DNA from: Malacoraja senta
Taxonomy: Eukaryota
DNA length: 64,000 nucleotides
Assembly: GCA_038087875.1 (NCBI GenBank)
Contig: CM075982.1
Location: forward strand, 42,346,001-42,410,000
Reading direction: 5' to 3'
Within the stretch, counting starts at the first letter, position 1, and each line of letters starts with the position of its first letter. Below, in pieces: positions 40,701 through 52,000 of the stretch. The notes below the pieces were generated by a model that was not told the DNA's origin, did no database searches, and saw only the letters and a list, made by a program, of their open reading frames with translations. Position numbers and translations under genes: made by a program.

Positions 40701-43700
40701 TGACAAAACACAAAACAGAGCTTCTCCATGGAACTGAAGGCAATTTACTGGGCAAAGTCTAAACAATTTTGTGATTATGTGAAAGGAGACAAGAATTGAG
40801 ATAATGCATATATTCAAATTGACAGCACATGACTTATTAGAGCCCCAAAGATTGCAATTATTCTGTGCATTTAAACGTGATTTATAGCACGAGATAGAGA
40901 TATACTTTTCTAAATGTATTCATAACACAAAGATAAGCAGCACTACAGATGAAAGCATTAAATTAAAATGATTTTAATGCCAAATAATTTTAATTGTTGA
41001 TAGCTGCAAGGTCATGTACTCATCAAAAGTATAGAGCACAGTACTTCCTAAATGGCAAGAAGCTAGAAGCAGTGGAAATACCACTACATAGGCCACTAAA
41101 ATGTCAGGCAAATAGAAAAAACAATAGGTTAATGGAATACTGACCTATATATCCCAGGATAGGTTAGAAGCTAGCTAAACAAAACCTTGCTCAGATCACA
41201 TTGGGAGGAATTCCGATTATTTCTCGAGGAACATGTCAATGGAAAAGCAGATTTGCAAAAATCCATAAAAGAGATAATGCTAACAGTAATGGCTGCCAAA
41301 CTGCAGGAAGCAAGTGAGAATGTGCAGAAGAAATTCACCTGGATGTTGCCTCGAATGAAGGGCTGTAATTACAAGGAGATATGGGAGAAAATGGGTTAAT
41401 TCTGACTGGAACGCAGGAAGTTAAATGGTGACGTATTCAGCTTTATAAAATTATGAGAGGCATAAATAGGATAGTCAGAATAGTTTTTCCAGGGTAGGGG
41501 AGTCTAGAACCAGATGACACAGTTTTAACTTGAGAGGGTGGTGAATATCTGGAATGAGCTGTCGGAGGTGGTGGTGGAGCATTTATGACGTTTAAAAGGT
41601 GTTTGAGCTCGAAAAAGGTAGGGGGACACAGACCAAATTCAGACAAATAGGATTAGCATAGATAGGTATCATTGTCAGTATGGGTGCGGTGGCTCAAAGG
41701 TTCCGTTTCTTTAGACATACAGACATAGGAATCAGGCTCTTTAGCCCAGTGAGTCGGTGCTGAACAGTGATACACTAACACTATCCTACACACTAGGCAC
41801 AATTTACAATTTTACTGGAGCCAATTAACCTACAAAACTGTACATATTTGGTGTGCTGGAGGAAACCGGAGCACCTGGAGAAAACCCATGTGCTCACGGA
41901 GAGAATGTACAAAATCTGTAGATAGCACCTCTAGTCAGGATCAAACCCTGTCTCTGGCGCTGCACGGCAGCAGCTCCACCCCTGCGTCACCCGCGCTATG
42001 GTGTATGTTTCATTGATTCAAAATTGATTGAAGTGTCAGGAATTTAATAAGAGAGGCGATTTAGTTGACATTAGTAAGATGTTGAAGGGAACCGATTAGA
42101 TGGAGTGCAATTATTTACTCAAGTTAGGCAAGGTCTAGGACTAGGTATATTATCTAAAATTGGAGCCAGCCTCTCAGGAGTGGAAGGTACACAAAAATGC
42201 TGGAGAAACTCAGCGGGTGCAGCAGCGTCTATGGAGCGAAGGAAATAGGCAACGTTTCGGGCCGAAACCCTTCTTCAGACTGATGAAGTGAAGTTGGAAA
42301 GCATACAGAGCTGATATAAATTTGAACCTCTTCCGTATATAACAATTGAAGCCGGGCCGTTTGTTAAATTTTAAATCCAAAACTGAGTTTTGATAATCAA
42401 GCTATTAATGGAAATAAAAGCATAAATATGGAATAAGATAACATATCAGCCAATGGAGGAGCTTAAAAGGATTAATGGCTTAATTTTGTGCCAATGTTAC
42501 AACAGAAGATGGTATCTCAGACTACATAATAACCAAGGCCAAAACATTCTTCCGTCATGTAGTTGCTCTAGCACATGCATCAACAATATTCAGAATGAAC
42601 AGGTAGGCAGCTACAATGGTTAGTGAGATTACTGAGCTTTGGTTAATGTGTCAATCTTTAGGCAGATCTATGGACAGTCTCTTGAAATTAACGAGGGTCG
42701 TGTCAACCTTTTGGATAGGTTTCACATGGCAGTGACTATATCAGTACAATATCTGCTGAGAAAAAATAATCAAGCTCACCCCAGCCACATTTACAAGTCG
42801 TGCTGCTTGGATTTTGTGTCAGATCTGATGTGCTCATTTTGAAATTCGCCATGTGGATGTGGCCACTGTTTCACCCACCAGACATCAAACCTGCATTTTG
42901 TCCTTACTAAAAAAATGTTCACATTCGTTTATCAAACATTTCATTTGGATGGCACAGGAATGTTTTCAGGAATATTCCAGTGAAACCTAGAGTGACATGA
43001 AGCAGCAAATACTAAATAGAAAAAAAAAAGACTTTCATCTCCTTCTGTCTAAGGTGACATTAGATCATCTCCTTCTGTCTAAGGTGGCATGAAAAGTTTG
43101 TGGATCAAAATAGGATTTATTTTCTTAAAAGATGAGTTGAATAATGCTAATAAGATGCAAGTGGAATTTCTACACTACTTTTTACATAGAAATGCCAATT
43201 CCTCTTTAATCTAATTCAATAATGCTAACACCATTTTGCACAATGCCAAATATTAAAATGTTATTCATTTTGCAATCTTAAATGTGTACATTTTAAATAT
43301 AAACTGATTTCAGAGTAGATACCTCTTCTGAAGTCCATTTGGCTCTGAAAAGTTTACTTGCATCTTTGTGGTCTGGAACATCACAATCCAAATCCTCATC
43401 CAACTCCTCACTATATTTCAAGGAAAGAAAGAATAGCTCAAAATGCGGTAGATACAGGTCAACTTGTTTTGAGTTTCCTCGAGGGCATAGCATAGAAGAC
43501 AGACCTAGAATGTGAGAAAATAGGATTAAAGCAGGTAGACACTTGACGGCTGGCAGCGAAACCACAGACCCATGGACGTATTTCCATCCAGTTTGGTCCA
43601 CATTTATCATCTGCCATGCCCTTCATTGACACGCTGACTTGCATCACCATTAGCAAGTCACTGTATGACTGTGGTTTGCAATGAAGTCATGTAAAATTTA

Positions 43701-46700
43701 ATAGACCATGAACCACAAAACATAAATCTCAAGTTTAATTTAACTAAAACCCCACTGTATTTATTTTTTAAGGCATGGGTGGACAGATTCTTGGTTAGTA
43801 AAAAGGCTGTCATGGGTTATGGGGAGAAGGCAGGAGAATTGGGTTGAGAGAGATAGATCAGCTTTGATTGAATGGCGGGATAGATTTAATGCGCGGAATG
43901 GTCTAATTCAGCTTCTATGGCTTATATTGAAGGTACTTAAGAATTCCAAAGTATTTTATGGAACAATGATGACTGGAAATTATTTATAAATTCTCAGATC
44001 AATTTTGGATATTGTCTACAAATTGACTTTTCTTTAATTCAATCTACATTCCTGAAACTGCATTTCATTTTGCATCCTCAAATCCTTAGGCCTTAAAATT
44101 TGTCTTTGTGTTAAAAATGTATGAATTAGGAGTAGGAATGGGCCTCTCAGCCGATCGTCTGCTCCACCATTGAATGGGATTGTGGCTGATTAGCTTGTCC
44201 TGTTCCAAGCTCTTTGTTGTCCTTGTACAATTTCCTTTCATGTCATTTTTTTGTTTAAATTCATCCATATGTGCATTGCTGTCAAGGTCAGGATTTATTG
44301 TTCATCGTTAAGACATCCTTGGGAAAGTGGTTGTGAGCAAACGTTTTTGAGGAAGGTGCTCTCACAGTGCCATGGATAGAGTTCAGGATTTAAACCTTGC
44401 AGTGATAAAGGTCAGTATTTTATTTCTAAGTTAGATTTGTCGGCGTCTTGAAGAGAAATTTGCAAGATTTACTGTCCCCATGTGTATGCTGATCTATCCT
44501 TGGTTGCAACAATTGCAGGTTGGGAGATGTTGACAGAATAATGTAGGCAAGTAACTGTATTGCATTTTGGAGGCAGAACAGAATAGAATTTCAGGGTGGT
44601 TGATACGGTGCCAATTAAACAGTTTGCTTTGTTCAGGTTGGTGTCAAGCGTCTTGAGAGTTGTTAGAACCGATCTCATCCAGTCGAGGAGAGAATGTAGC
44701 TCCAATTTCCGAACAATAAAGGGGAATTTTGTGATTTCATTTTGCCCAATTTGTAGATCTCAGATGGATTGGGATTTTCCAAATCTTGGTGGTCATTCAA
44801 GGAAGATAGTGACTGGAAAACCAGAGTACTTGGAGCTAGTGAGCGTTTTTTTTTTAAATGTTGGGGATACAATTATCTTCAGCAAAAGAGGGAAAAATGG
44901 ATCAACTATGATTGAATGGTGGAGTAGACTCAATGGGCTGAATGGACTACTTCTGTTCACATGATTTCTCAAGGATCTCTTTCCGACTCCTCCATACTCT
45001 GTGTCTTACGGCTAATTTCTTAATTTTATAATTTGCATCAAATTATGAAAGATGCTAAAGAAGTTCCAAAGCACATTACACAGACAACATTTAATAGGGA
45101 TTTTATAACAGAGATCACACCAGCTGATTTGCACAGAACAATTTGCACAAGAAGGAATACGATAGAACTAGAAATGTGAGAAAACAATAATATTTTAAGT
45201 TGCAGAGGGGGAGAGAGAATGCATTAGGATATAGACCAAAGATGTTTAAGGAAACCATCTCATTAAAACCAGCAATTAAAGATAGGTGAAGAAATAAGAG
45301 AAGCAAATTGAAATGACGGTACAGCCACACCTGTGGAAAAAAAACATAACAGTGATTCCCTGAAATTATTAAATACAATAGACATAACATAATTGAAAAT
45401 AATTGAAAATACGAGCAACAGCAGACTATTTGGCCCTTCACGCCTGCTCCATCATTCAATGTGATCATTGTTAAGACTCAAGCTCTACAATGGGCCCAGA
45501 AAGAAAATGAGTTGCTGTTCCTCACACTTATGTTCAGCATTGTTGGAGCAATGCAGGAAGCTGAAGGCAAAGGTTAGACGGGGAGTGGACAGGAGAAGTA
45601 AAGTGATAGGCAGGAAGCTCACCCTTACAGGTAAGTATTGGTGAGTATGATGTTGCGGGAATTACAGAGACATGGCTGCAAGTGGATCAGAGCTGGGAAC
45701 TGAATATTCAGGGGTATACGTCCTATCGAAAAGACAGACAGGTGGGCAGAGGGGGTGGGGTGGCTCTGTTGGTAAGGAATGAAATTCAGTCCCTAGCGAG
45801 GGGTGACATGGAGTCAGAAGATGTAGAGTCATTGTGGATATAACTGAGAAAATGTAAGAGTAAAAAGACCCTAATGGGAGTTATCTACAGGCCCCCAAAC
45901 AGCAGCCTGGAGATAGGGTGCAAGCTGCATCAGGAGTTGCAATGGTTGCTATGGTAGTTATGGGAGATTTCAACATGCAGGTGGACTGGGAAAATCAGGT
46001 TGGTACTGGATACCAAGAAAGGTTTGTAGAGTGCCTCCGAGATGGATTCTTAGAGCAGCTTGTACTGGTGCCTACCAGGGAGAAGACAATTCTGGATTCG
46101 GTGTTATGTAACGAACCGGCTTTGATAAGGGAACTCAAGGTAAAGGATCCATTAGGAGGTAGTGACCATAATATGATAAGTTTTAATCTGAAATTTGAGA
46201 GGGAGAAGGTAAAAATAGAAGTGTCAGTACTGCAGTTGAACAAAGGGGACTATAGAGGCATGAGGGAGGAGCTGGGCAAAGTTGACTGGAAAGGGACCCT
46301 AGCAGGGATGACGGTGGAACAGCAATGGCAGGTATTTCTGGGAGTAATCCAGAAGATGCAGGATCATTTCATTCCAAAGAGGAAGAAAGATACTAAGGGG
46401 AATAAGAGGCGACCGTGGCTGACAAGGGAAGTCAAGAACAGTATAAAAATAAAAGAGAAGACGTATAACATAGCAAAGATGACCGGGAAGCCAGAGGATT
46501 GGGAAACATTTATAGAACAGAAGGTAACTAAAAAGGCAATCCGGGGAGAAAAAGATGAAATACGAAGGTAAGCTAGCCAAGAATATAAAGGAGGATGGTA
46601 AAAGCTTCTTTAGGTAAGTGAAGAGGAAAAAATTAGTTAAGACAAATGTGGGTCCCTTGAAGACAGAAACAGGTGAATTTATTATGGGGAACAAGGAAAT

Positions 46701-49700
46701 GGCAGACGAGTTGAACAGGCACTTTGGGTCTATCTTCACTAAGACACAAACAATCTCCCAGATGTACTAGGAGACAGAGGTCCTAGGGTGACGGAGGAAC
46801 TGAAGGAAATTCGCATTAGTCAGGAAATGGTGTTGGGTAGACTGATGGGACTGAAGGCTCATAAATCCCCAGGGCCTGATGGTCTGCATCCCAGGGTACT
46901 CAAGGAGGTGGCTCTAGAAATCGTGGATGCATTGATCATTTTCCAATGTTCTATAGATTCTGGATCAGTTCCTGTGGATTGGAGGGTAGCTAATGTTATT
47001 CCACTTTTCAAGAAAGGAGGATGCTGGAGTCGATTATCAAAGATGTAATAGCAGCGCTTTGGATAGCAGTAACAGGATCGGTCCAAGTCAGCATGGATTT
47101 ACGAAGGGGAAATCATGCTTGACAAATCTTCTGGGATTTTTTGAGGATGTAACAAGTAAAATGGACAAGGGAGTGCCAGTGGATGTAGTGTCCTGGACTT
47201 TCAGAAAGTCTTTGATAAGGTCCCACACAGATTAGTGAACAAAATTAGAGCACATGGTATTGGGGTAGTGTATTGACATGGATAGAAAATTGGTTGGCGG
47301 ACAGGAAACAGAGCAGGAATTAATGGGTCCCTTTCAGAATGACAGGAAGTGATTAGTGGCGTGCCGCAAGGTTCAGTGCTGGGACCGCAGCTATTTACAA
47401 TATATATTAATGATTTAGATTAAGGAATTAAAAGTAACATTAGCAAATTTGCAGATGACACAATGCTGGGTGGAAGTGTGAACTGTGAAGAGGATGCAGG
47501 GTGATTTGGGCAGATGCAGTTTTAATGTGGATAAATGTGAGGTTATCCACTTTGATGGCAAGAACAGGAAGGCAGATTATTATCTGACTGGTGTCAGGTT
47601 AGGAAAAGGGGAAGTACAAAGAGACCTGGGTGTCCTTTGTACATCAGTCACTGAAAGTAAGCATGCAGGTACAAAAGGCAGTGAAGAAAGCTAATGTTGG
47701 CCTTCATATCGAGAGGAGTTGAGTATAGGAGCAAATAAGTCCTTCTGCAGTTGTACAGTGCCCTGGCGAGATCACACCTAGAGTATTGTGTGCAGTTTTG
47801 GTCTCCTAATTTGAGGAAGGATATTCTTGCTATTGAGGGAGTGCAGCGTAGGTTCACGAGGTTAATTCCCAGGATGGTGGGACTGACATATGATGAAAGA
47901 ATGGAGCGACTGGGCTTGTATTCACTGGAATTTAGAAGGATGAGAGGATATCTTATAGAAACATAAAATTATTAAGGGATTGGACACGCTGGATGCAGGA
48001 AACATGTTCCCGATGTTGGGGGGGATCCAGAACCAGGGACCACAATTTAAGAATAAGGGGTAGGCCATTTAGAGCTGAGATGAGGAAAAACCTTTTCACA
48101 CAGAGTTGTGAATTTGTGGAATCCTCTGCCTCAGAAGGCAGTGAAGGCCGATTCACTGGATGCATTCAAGAAAGAGTTAGATAGAACTCTTCGGGCTTGC
48201 GGAATCAAGGGGTATGGGGAGAAGGCAGGAACGGGGTACTGATTGTGGATGATCAGCCATGATCACATTGAATGCCGGTGTTAGCTCGAAGGGCCGAATG
48301 GCCTACTCCGGCACCTATTGTCTATGTATCTTTGTATCTATGTCTGCAAAATAGTCACCCAATGTGTTTAATGTCATCGATGTAGACAAGATCACCAAAT
48401 GCACTACACTACATTAGAAGTGCAAGTGAAGAAAAGTTTGGCTTCCTGAGTGGTGGTAAGGGAAGAGGTAAAAGGATAGGTGTGATGTTTCCTGTGGTTA
48501 CCTGGGAAAGTGTTGCCAGGTGAATGGTTGGTAGAGGTGTAGGAGTGAACCAGGGATTGTGCATGGAACACTATGTTCAGAATTCTTAAAGAATGCCTGG
48601 TAGTGGAATTCTGTTGAGTGAGAAAATTATGGATGATCTCAACCCAGCTCTCATTATAACATTTCACTCTATCATGGTCATTCCTTTGGTGACTTCCCCT
48701 CTACCATAGTTAGCAAAGCTTTCAACCAAGTCTCCTCTTCTCCTTACAAAAGTTTGGGCTCCCCTTGTCCTTATCTTTCACTAAACCTACCTCTCATTCA
48801 ATGGATTATCTTCTATAATTTCCATTACTTTCATCAAGATTCTGCAACCTCACTTCCCCTCACTTCCCCTTTCAACATTCTAAAAGTTCCCTCCACAACT
48901 CCCTCTACCACTTTCCCATATAACATCTGTCCTCTTACCTCTTCCCTTCCCACCATTCAGGGACCCAAATAGCCCTTCAATCAAAAGATGTAAATCAAAT
49001 GCTTTGCTTCCAATTGAGTGCATTACATTCAGTGATCACAATGTTCTCCTCTATATAAACCAAATACAATTGTGTGTCTACTTTACAGAACATTGTCCAT
49101 AAGATCAGCCATGAGTTACCACTTGCATGTTTAACTACAACTTGTCCCACTACCAATCTGACCTTCAGCCTCCTTAATTGTTCCAACAATTTCCAATGCC
49201 AGCTCAGAGGCCTCATCCTTTGAGGGGCACATAGCATTACTCTGAACATATTGAATTTAACAATTTCAGATACCCACCCGTTTTTCACAATGATGTGCCA
49301 GCACCTTTCTATGTCAATTTACTTATTTTTTGTCTTTCATTGTAACTGCCAGTTTTTAAAAAATAAATCTTACCTTCACATCTTTGGTCTGCAGTCCATC
49401 ATATTCACTCTATCTCACTCTCTACAACTTAAACCATTCTTGTTTTCTCACAAGTCTAATGAAGGATCTTTGTCTCTGATTCTTTACTCACAGATGCCCC
49501 CTGCCCCACCAAATGCTTCCAGCACTTTCTGTTAATATTCCAACAAATGCCTCATGCAACTTTCAGGTGGTTAACAGTAGGTAAGGGGCAGGTTTGAAGG
49601 GCCCTGACCCCAAAATATCACCCATACATTACCTCTTCATATGCGCCTGGCCTGCTGAGTTCCTCTAGCACTTTGTTTTGATCAAGTTAGATTTGTTATT

Positions 49701-50394
49701 CGTTGGATTCTGTGAACTGGGAACACATATAATGATCTGGCAGGGCACCATCTAGTTCATAAACAATAATATGAAGAAAGATATAAGAATTGGAGGAAAG
49801 AGGTATTAAATTAATTGGTGTTCTTGATCTGTTGAAATCATGTGGGATTTCCCCTTGAACACACTGTTCTTATCTTCCTGTACATGATCCCTATACCTCT
49901 ACTCCCTCGTTAACTCACTACCTGGAAATAGTGCCTTTATGAATCAGTTTATCGCTCCCATCGGGTTATAATACAATAAATGCAATGCACCAGTTTGGAG
50001 AGAGTACTGTGTCTTTTTTGGAGTAACTGTGTTTACACGCCTGCTGCGCAGCAGCAAGTGAGAAATTCACTGTTCCGTTTCGGTACATAGGACAATAAAA
50101 CACTCTTGACTTTTGTAAAACTCCTGGATAAACCTAATGCAACAGTTGGATTGAGGGTAGACACAAAAAAAACTGGAGTGAATCAGCGGGTTAGGTTTAT
50201 TGGGTTGGGGTTATTGAGTTGAGGGATTAAGGCGGGCAAATCTTTGGGCTAGCAGAGAGACGAAGGAACGAATGGTACATTATCATTATTATTATTATTA
50301 TTATTAAAGGCAGCATTTGTTGCTGATAGGGAATCGGGCAGTAAATGGAGCGAGGGAGGGGTGGCCTTACTTACCAAAGGCTCTGGTGCGCCAT
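16651..50394 (-). CDS. mybl2: Myb-related protein B (B-Myb), 15 coding exons, 2043 nt / 680 aa
   Basis: Three Myb repeats (KWTSEED...W...CQHRW; KGPWTKEED...CRERW; WTEEED...KNHW). B-Myb-specific motifs [37 protein letters not shown] and C-terminal [21 protein letters not shown]...SRTLIL*. Exon lengths 20,88,72,93,221,157,69,240,366,143,103,96,108,141,126 join in frame. Confidence 0.97.
17130..17446 (-). mobile_element. V-SINE (HE1-type)
   Basis: Reverse complement of the tRNA head and V domain. Confidence 0.8.
17490..17797 (+). mobile_element. V-SINE (HE1-type), full length
   Basis: A box GGTGGCGCAGCGG, B box GGTTCGATCC, V domain and tail. Confidence 0.9.
17997..18137 (-). CDS. mybl2: mybl2 exon 14 ([28 protein letters not shown]...TPKW)
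   Basis: 141 nt, ttctttctcacag acceptor, GTGAGT donor; TLDRGF resembles human LLNQGF. Confidence 0.88.
19419..19526 (-). CDS. mybl2: mybl2 exon 13 ([21 protein letters not shown]...MCTQ)
   Basis: 108 nt, [11 protein letters not shown] motif, CAG|GTAACA donor. Confidence 0.94.
20321..20416 (-). CDS. mybl2: mybl2 exon 12 ([32 protein letters not shown])
   Basis: 96 nt after a 100-nt intron; resembles PQTPHLEEDLKE. Confidence 0.9.
20517..20619 (-). CDS. mybl2: mybl2 exon 11 ([34 protein letters not shown])
   Basis: 103 nt, TPRTPTPFK motif, GTAGGT donor. Confidence 0.95.
20678..20887. mobile_element. Penelope-derived palindromic mini-element with hammerhead-like core
   Basis: Inverted arms ~20717-20797 / ~20807-20887; CTGAAGAAGGGTCTCGACCCGAAACGTC starts at 20797. 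Confidence 0.8.
21417..21559 (-). CDS. mybl2: mybl2 exon 10 ([47 protein letters not shown])
   Basis: 143 nt, Myb conserved region LTSTPVC, GTAAGT donor. Confidence 0.96.
23466..23733 (+). mobile_element. V-SINE (HE1-type)
   Basis: Head, V domain and (AACTA)n tail. Confidence 0.88.
24205..24570 (-). CDS. mybl2: mybl2 exon 9 (DPDAWSDL...KTLPFSPSQ)
   Basis: 366 nt inside ORF 24130..24615; B-Myb motifs [14 protein letters not shown] and TLPFSPSQ. Confidence 0.96.
24684..24958 (-). mobile_element. V-SINE (HE1-type)
   Basis: Reverse-complement head and V domain. Confidence 0.85.
26145..26384 (-). CDS. mybl2: mybl2 exon 8 ([12 protein letters not shown]...[11 protein letters not shown]), acidic transactivation region
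   Basis: 240 nt, gacag/GTAAGT, stop-free; its ends resemble human exon 7 (GSLLTNW...LSEALDLIES). Confidence 0.88.
27750..28675 (+). mobile_element. CR1 LINE 3' part, internally deleted
   Basis: Remnants of the GxPQGSVL and ADDTKL motifs, [12 protein letters not shown], and 3'UTR. Confidence 0.9.
29336..29600 (-). mobile_element. V-SINE (HE1-type)
   Basis: Reverse-complement SINE head and body. Confidence 0.82.
30192..30260 (-). CDS. mybl2: candidate extra mybl2 exon 7 ([23 protein letters not shown])
   Basis: Strong acceptor tttcttaaattctgtttcag, donor CAG|GTTAGA, 69 nt, phase 0-0, no stop; no homology support that I can recognise. Confidence 0.65.
31108..31264 (-). CDS. mybl2: mybl2 exon 6 ([17 protein letters not shown]...TTVTQ)
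   Basis: 157 nt, end of R3, CAG|GTTTGT donor. Confidence 0.95.
32078..32298 (-). CDS. mybl2: mybl2 exon 5 ([13 protein letters not shown]...[11 protein letters not shown]), GC donor
   Basis: 221 nt covering R2-R3; ends AG|GCAAGT, phase 2 matches the next exon. Confidence 0.96.
32565..32850 (+). mobile_element. V-SINE (HE1-type)
   Basis: Head, V domain and AACTA tail. Confidence 0.88.
33148..33425. mobile_element. palindromic MITE (PIF/Harbinger-like termini GGGCCTGTCCCACT)
   Basis: ~125-bp near-perfect inverted arms with a ~25-nt centre; flanks TAA / TTT. Confidence 0.85.
34013..34310 (-). mobile_element. V-SINE (HE1-type) inserted in an old CR1 fragment
   Basis: Reverse-complement SINE with CR1-3'-like sequence on both sides. 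Confidence 0.82.
35731..35823 (-). CDS. mybl2: mybl2 exon 4 ([31 protein letters not shown])
   Basis: 93 nt, ttttgcag/GTAATG, R1-R2 junction. Confidence 0.97.
35861..37394 (+). mobile_element. CR1 LINE, 5'-truncated RT region
   Basis: [34 protein letters not shown] and VDDTKL motifs; frameshifted; 3' tail. Confidence 0.95.
39643..39714 (-). CDS. mybl2: mybl2 exon 3 ([24 protein letters not shown])
   Basis: 72 nt, AG...GTAAGT, middle of R1; translated by hand (not in the ORF track). Confidence 0.95.
41712..41995 (-). mobile_element. V-SINE (HE1-type)
   Basis: Reverse-complement SINE. Confidence 0.8.
42185..42284 (-). mobile_element. solo terminal fragment of the young Penelope family
   Basis: About 2 mismatches over ~100 bp to 58628-58727. 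Confidence 0.88.
43323..43410 (-). CDS. mybl2: mybl2 exon 2 ([29 protein letters not shown])
   Basis: AG/GT flanked; acidic N-terminus and start of Myb repeat R1. Confidence 0.93.
45631..48343 (+). mobile_element. CR1 LINE, near-complete ORF2 (EN+RT), disrupted
   Basis: [31 protein letters not shown] motifs and 3' tail; many stops and frameshifts. Confidence 0.95.
50375..50394 (-). CDS. mybl2: mybl2 exon 1 coding part (MAHQSL+C, phase 2)
   Basis: Strong Kozak ggaaccATGG at the edge of a CpG island; 20 nt followed by a GTAAGT donor; matches the 20-nt first coding exon of MYBL2 and the phase of exon 2. Confidence 0.88.
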
Positions 50395-50690
50395 GGTTCC
50401 CCCGGCCCGGGGAGAGGTGGCTCTGAGCTCCCGCCACCCCAGCCTCCGGGGACGATTAACCCCAGATATCAGAGATACACCGCTGCAATGGATCAGACGC
50501 TTCCGTGAACAGGGAGCTACAGCCTGGGCCACAACTCGCCTGACGACCCCCGTCTCTTCCGCTCTCCTAAAACCCGCCAAATCCGCCGCTGTCCGGAGGG
50601 CGCCTGCGCTCTAGCCGCGCCCCGGCTGCCGGCACCGCCGCTCTGTGCGGGGCGGCCGCGCTGCGCCTCCTCCGGTGCAGCGAAGAACTG
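50395..50690 (-). promoter_or_regulatory. CpG island / mybl2 5'UTR and core promoter
   Basis: GC- and CpG-rich non-repeat block directly upstream of the ATG; no upstream ATG between the E2F site and the start codon. Confidence 0.85.
50564..50581 (-). promoter_or_regulatory. E2F site + 4-nt spacer + CHR-like element (TTTGGCGG-GTTT-TAGGAG)
   Basis: Read directly from the minus strand; same layout as the mammalian B-myb element TTGGCGG-GAGA-TAGGAA as I recall it. Confidence 0.8.
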
Positions 50691-50855
50691 CAGCTGCTGC
50701 TGCTTCACACCGAAGGCAGATACAAAAAGCTGGAGTAACTCAGCAGGCGAAATGTGTAGGAAGGAACTGCAGATGCTGGTTAAACCGAAGATAGACACAA
50801 AATGCTGGAATAACTCAGCGGGACAGGCAGCATCTCTGGAGGAAAAGGAACAGGT

Positions 50856-52000
50856 TATGGCGGATGTAGACAAAGGTCGAAGTTTTAAACCAAGTTTTAT
50901 TCGAAAAAGTTTAACGACAACAAGTCTCACAAACGCTACTAATATAGATCCAGCCACTTTGGTGGTCTCGATTGACTGAATGGGCACAGCCTAGAAACTG
51001 CGCAAAAACGCGACCCCTCCCAGTCACATGCCCGAGGAACCCAACCGCAGAGTGCCCCCCCCCCCCCCCCCCCCCCCCAGAACCCGAGGTACGGAACCGA
51101 CCCGGGAGCCGAATGGTACGTCCAGAACGTGTGGTTTTCGGAAGTGGGGCGGGAGTAACAGTAGGGGCCGGCAAAACAGGGCCGGGAGGACGCAAAGTCT
51201 GCGAAGAAGGGGTGGGCATAACAATGGGGGCCGGCGAACAAAGCCGGGAACAGGTGTGCTCGGAGATGGGCTGAACGACCGGCGGACGACCTCTACGTCG
51301 CAGTGTAGCTACGTCCACCGGACTGTCACCGTCCACATGGGCGGGCTTGAGAAGACCGATGGAGACAAACTCCTCCTGGCCACCTACGTCCAACGTGAAC
51401 GTGGCGACTCCGGCCCGCAGCGCTCGAAACGGCCCCTCATAGACCCGCTGCAGTGGCGAGCGGTGAGCGTCCCTGCGGATGAAAACATAGGCACACTTCT
51501 GTAACACCGCGGGCAGATGCACCGCGGACGACCCATGCCTGGAAGTGGGGACGGGAGCCAACGTGTGCACCTGTTCGCGAAGCTCGGCCAGCAACGCCGA
51601 GGCCGAAACCTCCTGACCCCGGGCGGCAGGTAGAAAATCCCCAGGCACCCGTAAGGCCGAGCCATAAACGAGCTTGGCCGAGGAGGCAGCCAAATCCTCC
51701 TTAGGCGTGGTACAAATACCCAGGAGGACCCAAGGCATTCCGGGCCCATCAGCCGGGCCTTCAGCGCCGACTTAAGGTGCCAATGGAACCTTTCGACCAG
51801 CCCATTAGCCTCCGGGTGATAGGCGGTCGTCTGGTGTAGTCGGGCACCGTAGAGCTGTGCCAGGGCTGTCCACAGGAAAGAGGTGAACTGGGCCCCACGG
51901 TCCGTGGTGATGTCGGAGGGCACCCCGGACCAGGCGATCCAGTGGGCTGTCATAGCCCGGGTGCAAGCCTCGGCGGAGGTATCTGAAAGGGGGATCGCTG
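50856..52000 (-). mobile_element. Gypsy LTR retrotransposon remnant: integrase, PPT and 3' LTR (~50856-51050)
   Basis: ITTDRGAQF, TTAYHPEANGLVERFH and GPY/F-type YEGPFR motifs; G-run PPT at 51055-51078; AATAAA within the LTR (50896-50901). Confidence 0.88.

Noticed and set aside
43035-43090. 30-bp tandem duplication in intron 2
   Set aside because: Simple local duplication with no evident function.
16651-50394. Alternative identity as myb (c-Myb) or mybl1 (A-Myb)
   Set aside because: It lacks the KEKRIKELELLL-type activation motif and has the B-Myb DPDAW, FLNFW and SRTLIL signatures.
50395-50580. Open frame upstream of the mybl2 ATG (TTG-initiated extension)
   Set aside because: It starts inside the E2F site, GC-rich DNA lacks stops by chance, and the ATG has an optimal Kozak context.
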